This document shows positions 57,653 to 64,000 of a stretch of 64,000 nucleotides of DNA, one piece after another. The notes under the pieces are model-generated. The model saw only the letters and a list, made by a program, of their open reading frames with translations. It had not been told where the DNA came from and ran no database searches. A program made the translations under genes and the position numbers. The stretch spans positions 4,064,001 to 4,128,000 of the forward strand of contig OZ242260.1 in the NCBI GenBank assembly GCA_965207065.1, in the 5' to 3' direction. Numbering within the stretch: the stretch's first letter is position 1; the number at the start of each line of letters is the position of its first letter. This DNA is from a bacterium (GTDB lineage: Bacteria > UBA8248).

Positions 57653-57830
57653 GAATTCCTGGGATATGACGCCCGGGGGCCGCGACGCAGGGGAATTCTG
57701 CCATGGCCCGCGCCTTCCGCGATAACGGAAAATGCGGGGAGTTGCGGGGGTGGATGCGCTTACAGTGAAATATACGCGCAGGCGTCATAACCGGCTGATA
57801 ATTAACGGGTAACCTAAAAAGGAGAGCATT

Positions 57831-58193
57831 TTGGACTGGATAGGAGTGGGACTTTTGGCGCTGGGCGCCATCGTGGGCACGCTCAACGCGGCCACTGGCG
57901 TGGGCTGGGGCATCATCATGATGCCCGTGCTGTTCCTCATCCCCGGGCTCACGCCCCAGCAGGCGGTGGCGGTCTCGATTCTCGCCTATCTGTTCAACTC
58001 GCTGGTCGCCTCGTTCGAGAACGTGCGAAGCGGCCTAATTGTCTGGAATTACGCGGTTTATCTCAGCATCGGGGCTATCGTCGGCGGCGTCCTGGGCGCG
58101 CATCTTCTCCAGACATTCTCGGCGCTGACGCTCAAGAGAATCGTGGGCGTCGTTGTGATCGGCGCGGGCGCGAGCCTGCTCATCAACCGCTGA
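57831..58193 (+). CDS. Half-size TauE/SafE (sulfite exporter-like) membrane protein
   Basis: G...G.G.G....P.L, AVA.S, G...GG.LGA; four hydrophobic segments; TTG start after AAGGAG. Confidence 0.8.
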   Translation: MDWIGVGLLALGAIVGTLNAATGVGWGIIMMPVLFLIPGLTPQQAVAVSILAYLFNSLVASFENVRSGLIVWNYAVYLSIGAIVGGVLGAHLLQTFSALTLKRIVGVVVIGAGASLLINR

Positions 58194-58197
58194 AAAG

Positions 58198-58226
58198 AAA
58201 ACCCCCCGTTTATGACGAGGGGTTTC
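58198..58226 (-). terminator. Intrinsic terminator between convergent units
   Basis: AAACCCCCCGT-TTATG-ACGAGGGGTTT hairpin with a T-run on the minus strand (and a short one on plus). Confidence 0.6.
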
Positions 58227-58329
58227 AAGCTGCTTGCGCTTCATAGGCTCCCGACTATACTGGCAGGGCATATAAAGTACACGAAATCAGCGATTTAACG
58301 TAATCTGTTTCATGCGATACATCGGCCGG

Positions 58330-58470
58330 CTATCCCAGCAGCTTCCTCTTCATCCAGCCCAAAGCCCGCGCCACGGCGGAGAACAGCCCGCCCACTCACG
58401 TGGGGCAGGCCGTTTGTTCCGGCGGCGTTTGGCCCTTATCGTGAATCTTCTCCTGCGTGGGGTTCGGCAT
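58330..58470 (-). CDS. Putative 46-aa selenopeptide with CxxU motif (UGA at codon 25)
   Basis: MPNPTQEKIHDKGQTPPEQTACPT-TGA-VGGLFSAVARALGWMKRKLLG-TAG; ATG 3 nt after the DUF971 stop, GGAGGAG SD; candidate SECIS hairpin after the TGA. Confidence 0.6.
58365..58381 (-). promoter_or_regulatory. Candidate bacterial SECIS element
   Basis: After the TGA: CTC-CGC[CGTG]GCG-C-GGG stem; apical loop about 20 nt from the UGA with G at loop position 2 (folded by eye). Confidence 0.4.
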
Positions 58471-58473
58471 GAT

Positions 58474-58827
58474 TCAGCCCTCTCCTCCCTGCGAGCTTTC
58501 GGCGCGTCCGGGGGCGATATCGTAAAGATAATCAAACGAATAGATGCCCGCGCCGCAGCCGCCCCGCCAGATGAAATTGATGGCGTAGCGCCCCACCATC
58601 TCCACGTTCTCGAGCTCTGTCGGCCCACTCGGCCCCGAGAGGACGGCGAGGGGGTTTTTCTCGCGCTCCTTGCGCTCCTCCTTGCAGTTCGCACACGGAC
58701 AAAGGGCCGCGAGGTAATCGAAGCCGTAGGCGCTCTTCTCCCCGCTCGCCCACTCGACGCGAAACTCGCGGGCGGGCTTGTCCACCGTGAGATCGACGGG
58801 ATGGGCCTTGTCGACAGGTGTGTTCAT
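58474..58827 (-). CDS. DUF971 / GBBH-like N-terminal domain protein
   Basis: W..G....Y...YL...CPCANC, VGRYAI...W..G...GIYSFDYL. Confidence 0.88.
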   Translation of the reverse strand: MNTPVDKAHPVDLTVDKPAREFRVEWASGEKSAYGFDYLAALCPCANCKEERKEREKNPLAVLSGPSGPTELENVEMVGRYAINFIWRGGCGAGIYSFDYLYDIAPGRAESSQGGEG

Positions 58828-58861
58828 AAGTCGTTGATCCCCTGAAGGTTATTGCGCCGCA

Positions 58862-59521
58862 CTATCTCGCCTTCATCCCGTATTTCTCATACTTCTTCGC
58901 CGAGGAGGTGCCGAGCTTGGCGGATTGGGGCGTCTTGAGCTCCAGCAGCCAGGGCCGCTCGGCCGAGGTGGCCCGCACGGCGTCCAATAGCCCCTGCTCG
59001 TCACCCTCGTTTTCCCAATCGCCTTCTTCGAGCTTCACGAAAACGGGTTTGCCCTCCCCGAAATCGAGCGTGGGAACGCCGAAGATGCCCTGCTCGGCCG
59101 CGTCCTCATGCTCTTGCGCAATGAGGGGGATGGTGGCGCCGTTTTTCATATCCTCCTCCCAGCGGTCGACGTCCAGGCCCACTTCCACGGCGATATCGCG
59201 CAGAACCAGCTCGCTGGTGATGTCCTTGCCGTCACGGTGCCTCGCCCGGTGGAGCGCCACGTGGTACTTGTCGAACTGCGTCTCGCCCTGTAAAGCCGCG
59301 CATTTAGCCGCCTGATGCGGGGGCAGATCCCTGCTCGGGAAGGTCTTGTCCTCCCAGGCCTTCCAGTCCTCTCCGCGCGAGGGGCCGAAATTCGCCTGCT
59401 CGAGCACGAAGGCCTTATAGTCCACATTCAAATCGCTTCTTTTCTCCTGAAGACGAACGAGCCACTCCATGGCCCTGTAGGCGTAGGGTCAGACGTAGCA
59501 GTTCCACATGGTGACTTTCAT
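58862..59521 (-). CDS. DsbA/FrnE-like thioredoxin-fold selenoprotein (UGA at codon 11)
   Basis: AAGGAG SD, then MKVTMWNCYV-TGA-PYAYRA in frame with the 202-aa ORF (cis-Pro loop GIFGVPT); the TGA sits at the active-site Cys position. Confidence 0.85.
59459..59475 (-). promoter_or_regulatory. Candidate bacterial SECIS element
   Basis: GGGCCA[TGGAG]TGGCTC hairpin; apical loop 19 nt after the UGA with G at loop position 2. Confidence 0.55.
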
Positions 59522-59567
59522 GATTTTCTCCTTAACAAACCGGGACATAAAGAAACATTGCGCGCCA

Positions 59568-59596
59568 ATCATACACCACAAGAACGCCGATGAAAA
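59568..59596 (-). promoter_or_regulatory. Possible sigma70 promoter of the selenoprotein cluster
   Basis: TTTTCA-17 nt-TATGAT on the minus strand, ~47 nt before the ATG. Confidence 0.4.
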
Positions 59597-59632
59597 AGCA
59601 GGACAAAGTCTTTTGAAAATAGCCGTATTCCG

Positions 59633-60232
59633 CTATTTTTCAGGCGTGAGCGCCTTGTTCAGCAGGTCTTGCGCACCCGCATTCAAGGAAAGCTCCCTGG
59701 CGGCCTCCTGCCCGCGCGCGGACATTTTCGCCCAAGTTTTCCGCAAGATGCCGATGATTTTCTCCTCATCATGCAGGCGGGAGAAATCCCAGAAATAGCT
59801 TTCCAGAAACACCAGACAGGCGACATCCTCGAGTGTCTGGGTTTCCGTGTCTGACTTCAAGCCCTTTTTTTTCAACAGCATCCGCACACGGGCAGTCGTT
59901 TGCTCATCGTAGCCCACCTTCTCGAGTATCTCGGCCGCTTTCTCCCCATGATAGTCGTAAAGGCGGATCCGCCATTGATGATATCCCTTCCGACCCAGTG
60001 GATATTCCGAACGTGGAATCTCCCATCTGCGTATGTGCTGGCTTCGCACAGCCAGGCGCAGGGCTTCAGAGGCTTGCGGCTCTATGGTATCTAGCCAGTT
60101 CGTCATTCTCATCGAATACAAAAGCTCTTTGGGGTATTCTTCGCCCTCGAAACTCTCGTTATTCGGATCTTCAGAATTCGCCTCATCGATGAGGCGCAAA
60201 GCATCTTCAAAACGCGTGGGTTGTCCATTCAT
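59633..60232 (-). CDS. DUF4202 family protein
   Basis: ID.AN.EDPN, ELLY..RM..WL, L.LA.R.QH..RWEIPR..YP.G..GY..WR, LEDVACLVFL, KTW.KMS. Confidence 0.85.
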   Translation of the reverse strand: MNGQPTRFEDALRLIDEANSEDPNNESFEGEEYPKELLYSMRMTNWLDTIEPQASEALRLAVRSQHIRRWEIPRSEYPLGRKGYHQWRIRLYDYHGEKAAEILEKVGYDEQTTARVRMLLKKKGLKSDTETQTLEDVACLVFLESYFWDFSRLHDEEKIIGILRKTWAKMSARGQEAARELSLNAGAQDLLNKALTPEK

Positions 60233-60312
60233 GATTCGCACCTTCTAAGTAGCGATAGGCACCAACTGATTCGTTCCAGACAAAACAACTCAAGAATAAA
60301 CACTTCTCTGGG

Positions 60313-60341
60313 TTGACAAAAGTGGGAAAGTGAAATATTTT
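60313..60341 (+). promoter_or_regulatory. Sigma70-like promoter
   Basis: TTGACA-17 nt-TATTTT upstream of the cobA-like gene. Confidence 0.6.
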
Positions 60342-60349
60342 CCGCAAAA

Positions 60350-60368
60350 GTTAAGTAATTCACTTAAC
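60350..60368. promoter_or_regulatory. Palindromic operator-like site
   Basis: GTTAAGT-N5-ACTTAAC just downstream of the -10 box. Confidence 0.55.
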
Positions 60369-60405
60369 AATAAAAAGAAATTTGGACTTTATACGGGAAA
60401 TTCTC

Positions 60406-61215
60406 ATGTATCAAGGTAAAGTACAGATAGTCGGAGCAGGCCCCGGAGATCCGGACCTGCTCACACTCAAGGCGGCGAAAGCCCTGTCAAACGCAGACGT
60501 GGTGGTTTGCGATCGTCTCGTGAACCCTGAGGTTCTTGAACTTTGCCCGGAAAACTGTCAACTCATCAATGCGGGAAAATCAAGTGGTCGACACACCATG
60601 AGCCAAGATGACATTAACGAAGCTCTGATCCATTTCGCAAATCTCGGTTATCAAGTGGTGCGCCTGAAAGGCGGGGACCCCTTCGTATTCGGCCGTGGCG
60701 GCGAGGAAGCGCAAGCACTGGGCGAAGCCGGTATTCATTTTGAAATCATACCAGGCATCAGTTCCGCCCTGGCCGTGCCCGCCTATGCCGGAATACCCAT
60801 TACACACCGAAATCTCGCCTCGTCGTTCACGGTCGTAACAGCCCATGAAGATCCCGGCAAACCGGAAACGCAGGTGGATTACGCGCATCTGGCGAAGAAC
60901 AGGGGAACGCTCGTTTTCCTCATGGGCGCACGCTCCATCGGACGCATCTCCGCCGCTCTGATAGAAAACGGCATGTCAAAAGACACGCCCGCCGCCATCA
61001 TTGAAAATGGAACCACAAACAGGCAATTGGCATATCGTTGCTCTCTGGGAGAAGCATCGAGCCTTGCGCAACGCGAAGAAATATCCCCACCCGCTGTTTT
61101 TCTCGTCGGCCCAGTCGCCGGTCTTGAAGACCTTGTTTGGTTCGAGGCCGATGAGAGCCAAGAAATCTCCTGGCGCTGTTCCCCGGAAGAATCCCTGAGC
61201 AAAGCCATTTCGTAA
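60406..61215 (+). CDS. cobA: Uroporphyrinogen-III C-methyltransferase (SUMT)
   Basis: VGAGPGDPDLLT, D.LV, Q..IN, VRLKGGDPFVFGRGGEE, PGISS, GIPITHR. Confidence 0.93.
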   Translation: MYQGKVQIVGAGPGDPDLLTLKAAKALSNADVVVCDRLVNPEVLELCPENCQLINAGKSSGRHTMSQDDINEALIHFANLGYQVVRLKGGDPFVFGRGGEEAQALGEAGIHFEIIPGISSALAVPAYAGIPITHRNLASSFTVVTAHEDPGKPETQVDYAHLAKNRGTLVFLMGARSIGRISAALIENGMSKDTPAAIIENGTTNRQLAYRCSLGEASSLAQREEISPPAVFLVGPVAGLEDLVWFEADESQEISWRCSPEESLSKAIS

Positions 61216-61282
61216 AGCCGGGCTTCAGCCCGGCCCTAGATTCATCATCCAATATGTATGTAGCTGTTCACGTAAGGAGCAA

Positions 61283-63088
61283 GTGATGCACGAAGAATCA
61301 CGAAAATCCCTATCTCGGGAACCACTGGGCGTCATTCCGGTGATCCCCGAAGAATTCGATGATTTTGAAACACAAGCCACCAGATTTCGAAACGGTCAAC
61401 TCGATAACGGCGAGTTCCTGCCTTATCGGCTCAGGCGTGGCGTATATGGCCAGCGTCAGGCGGATGTCCAGATGGTGCGCGTGAAAATACCTTTCGGCGG
61501 CCTGAGCGCTTCTCAACTCGAAGCCCTGGGCCGCGTATCTCGCGATTACACGCCGTTGGGAAAAGGCCACGTGACGACACGGGAAAACGTGCAGTTTCAT
61601 TTCGTCCCCCTTGACCAAGCTGCTGACGTCTTGAGGCTTCTGGGCGAAGTGGGCCTTACCACACGGGAAGCATGTGGAAATTGCGTGAGAAACGTTACTG
61701 GCTGTCCCTATGCGGGTGTTTGTAAGGATCAGGTTTTTGACACTACGCCCTACGCAGGCGCGTTTGCGCGTTACTTCGTCCGCAAGGACTTCACACAGGA
61801 CCTGCCGCGCAAGTTCAAGGTGGCTTTCTCGAGTTGTGGTTCGGACTGCGTGGTCGGCGGGATCCATGACATCGGTTTCATACCGGTCATCAAAGAGATG
61901 GAAGGAACTCCCGTGCATGGCTTCAAGATGCTCGTTGGAGGTGGACTCGCCACTTTCGCACGTACCGCCGAGGTGCTTTACGAGTTCGTTCCGGTGTCCG
62001 ATTTCCTGAGAGTGAGTGAAGCCCTTATTCGGGTTTTCGATCAAGCTGCTGAACTCAGAAAATCCCGTTTCAAGGCGCGCATCAAGTTCCTGGTGAGCAA
62101 GATAGGGATAGACGGGCTGCGTGAACGCGTCGAGGAAGAACTCAAAAAGGACTGGGCGAAAGATCCCGTCAGTCCCGAACCCTATCTCTGGAAAGATGAT
62201 GAAGAAAGCGACGCACCACCCGTCTTGAATACTCTGAACGGAGCAGGGGCCAGTCCGAATGGCGACGCCGCGGATTTTCACGCCTGGAGAAAAACGAACG
62301 TTACCGCGCAAAGGCAAGAAGGCTATTTCGCCGTCGAGGTCAAACTGCCATTGGGAAATATTCTTACGGATCAGTTCTTCGCTCTGGCCGACCTCACCCG
62401 ACGCTACTCGAGAGGACGCGCCAGAACGAGTTTCGAGCAAAACCTCGTGCTCAGATGGGTGCGTGAAGGGGAACTTTACCCCCTCTGGAAAGAACTTCAG
62501 AGAATCGGGCTCGCCGAAAAAGGCGCCCGAGAAATATCCGACGTGGTTTCCTGCCCGGGAACGGATTCATGCAAACTCGGTATTACTTCCTCCATGGGCC
62601 TGGCCAGCGCCATTCGTGAATCTCTTCATGAAATCGATCAGGACCCGCTAACACGAGAGATGCACATCAAGATGAGCGGTTGCCCGAATTCTTGCGGACA
62701 GCACCACATCGCCAACATCGGCTTTCACGGGGGAACGCTCAGGGTGAACGGCGCAATGCTGCCCGCATATGAAATTTTCCTCGGCGGCCAATACGACAAC
62801 ACCGATGGAGAAATCCGCATCGGCAAACGCATCCAGATTCGGATTCCTGCAAAACGCGTTCCCGCTGCGCTCAAGATAATGTTGTCCCACTACCAGGAGA
62901 ACAGGTACGAGAATGAGCGGTTCAACGAGTTTTTGGGCCGCGTAGGCAGCGCGTCTTTCATTGATTTGCTGCAAGAATTTCACCTTGCCGGTCAGTTCAA
63001 CGACGAACCCGATTCCGATTTGTTCATCGACTGGAGTCAGGACAGGCAATACGTATTGGAGAGAGGAGAAGGCGAATGTCTAGCCTAG
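61283..63088 (+). CDS. Siroheme-dependent nitrite/sulfite reductase (ferredoxin-type, NirA/CysI family)
   Basis: GVYGQRQ, TTRENVQ, CGNCVRN, LPRKFK, SCPGTDSCKLG and SGCPNSCGQH cluster/siroheme ligands. Confidence 0.92.
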   Translation: MMHEESRKSLSREPLGVIPVIPEEFDDFETQATRFRNGQLDNGEFLPYRLRRGVYGQRQADVQMVRVKIPFGGLSASQLEALGRVSRDYTPLGKGHVTTRENVQFHFVPLDQAADVLRLLGEVGLTTREACGNCVRNVTGCPYAGVCKDQVFDTTPYAGAFARYFVRKDFTQDLPRKFKVAFSSCGSDCVVGGIHDIGFIPVIKEMEGTPVHGFKMLVGGGLATFARTAEVLYEFVPVSDFLRVSEALIRVFDQAAELRKSRFKARIKFLVSKIGIDGLRERVEEELKKDWAKDPVSPEPYLWKDDEESDAPPVLNTLNGAGASPNGDAADFHAWRKTNVTAQRQEGYFAVEVKLPLGNILTDQFFALADLTRRYSRGRARTSFEQNLVLRWVREGELYPLWKELQRIGLAEKGAREISDVVSCPGTDSCKLGITSSMGLASAIRESLHEIDQDPLTREMHIKMSGCPNSCGQHHIANIGFHGGTLRVNGAMLPAYEIFLGGQYDNTDGEIRIGKRIQIRIPAKRVPAALKIMLSHYQENRYENERFNEFLGRVGSASFIDLLQEFHLAGQFNDEPDSDLFIDWSQDRQYVLERGEGECLA

Positions 63089-63528
63089 AAAAACAATTGG
63101 AATTTCTGGACGAGACGCCTGAGGACCAGGTGAAAACGGCGGTCTTGCTCGTCGGTCACGGCAGCCGCGCCCGAAACGCCAACGATGCGCTTTTCCGCGT
63201 AGTGGACCATTTCCAAAAAGCGTGGCCTCATCGCATATTAAGGGCCGCTTTCCTTGAGATCAGCCCTCCCTCCATTCCCGAAGGAATCGACTTGTGCGTG
63301 GGAGAAGGGGCCGAGAGAATCATCGTTATCCCTTACTTCCTTTTCAGGGGCAATCACGTGAAAGTGGACTTGCCCATCTTCATCAAAGAAGGCCGGAAGA
63401 AATTCCCGGATATCGACATCATTTTGGGCCCGCATCTCGGCTTCCATCCCAAGATGATCGAGATTGTAGATGAACGAATCCAACAAGTGCTCGATACGCT
63501 AAAATTCGAGGAGAAAGCGCTCCCATGA
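63076..63528 (+). CDS. Sirohydrochlorin chelatase (CbiX/SirB family)
   Basis: LLVGHGSR, AFLE...P, PYFL..G.HV..D.P, LG.HP. Confidence 0.9.
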   Translation: MSSLEKQLEFLDETPEDQVKTAVLLVGHGSRARNANDALFRVVDHFQKAWPHRILRAAFLEISPPSIPEGIDLCVGEGAERIIVIPYFLFRGNHVKVDLPIFIKEGRKKFPDIDIILGPHLGFHPKMIEIVDERIQQVLDTLKFEEKALP

Positions 63529-64000
63529 CCGATCGAAACGGATCCGTCCGTCCCATCGCCATTTACTATGAACACCCCGAGTGGTTCAAAAAGCTTTTCG
63601 ATGAACTAGACAGGCGGAATATTGCATATCAAAAAATCGAAGCTCACAACCATCGCTTCGACCCGACCGAAACCGAATCACCTTATTCGCTGATTGTAAA
63701 CCGAATGAGTCCGTCCGCATGGGCGCGCGGGCACACCCATGCGATTCCCTACACACTCGAGTATTGCGCGCACCTCAAGGCGATTGGCGCCAACGTGATC
63801 AACGGCTACGAGGCCTACCTCCATGAATTCTCAAAAGTGCGCCAAACCCGCCTGCTCAAAAGCCTGGGCGTCAACCACCCGAGATCAGGGGTGATCAACC
63901 ACCCCTCCCAGGCTCCGGCGGCGGCTGAGGGATTCAGTTTTCCCGTCATCACGAAGGCGAATATCGGCGGAAGCGGAGCCGGTATACAAAAGTACGATAC
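63525..64000 (+). CDS. RimK-like ATP-grasp protein, N-terminal part (truncated by window end)
   Basis: Manual translation MTDRNG...IYYEHPEWF...NRMSPSA..RG...VING...SK...FP..TKANIGGSGAGI; ATGA overlap with the chelatase. Confidence 0.8.
   Translation, partial: MTDRNGSVRPIAIYYEHPEWFKKLFDELDRRNIAYQKIEAHNHRFDPTETESPYSLIVNRMSPSAWARGHTHAIPYTLEYCAHLKAIGANVINGYEAYLHEFSKVRQTRLLKSLGVNHPRSGVINHPSQAPAAAEGFSFPVITKANIGGSGAGIQKYD

Noticed and set aside
58350-58694. 114-aa minus-strand ORF and 177-aa plus-strand ORF overlapping DUF971
   Set aside because: Arg-rich or antisense shadows; the SD-linked frame starting at 58470 explains the region better

Overview
A GC-rich bacterial chromosomal segment with no rRNA or CRISPR array. 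Housekeeping and metabolic blocks include a liv-type ABC transporter with an M20 hydrolase, cvpA, rimI, pgi, a hydantoinase A/B pair, gap-pgk-tpiA-secG, an atypical opp-type ABC cluster, tRNA-Leu(GAG), def, an M16 peptidase pair, a divergent leuCD-like pair, and a siroheme/sulfite(nitrite)-reductase cluster. These are interrupted by small AT-richer accessory patches: decayed toxin-antitoxin genes, GIY-YIG and RES genes, a tRNA-adjacent island remnant with a ~400-bp direct repeat, hicBA, mrr and an MmeI-like remnant. Nine intergenic loci are modular mosaics of several palindromic repeat families, most bracketed by IS-like terminal inverted repeats. The most striking signal is not in the ORF track: a minus-strand cluster at 58330-59521 appears to encode two UGA-recoded (selenocysteine) proteins. 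One is a DsbA/FrnE-like protein with C-Y-V-U-P-Y and the other is an unannotated 46-aa peptide with C-P-T-U followed by an amphipathic helix. They flank a DUF971 gene, and each UGA is followed by a candidate SECIS hairpin. Also notable are a divergent Sdh/Frd-like + class I hydratase + 2-hydroxyacid dehydrogenase operon with altered conserved motifs, and a GGCT gene that appears to start at ACG. All assignments come from motif recognition by eye; no searches were run.
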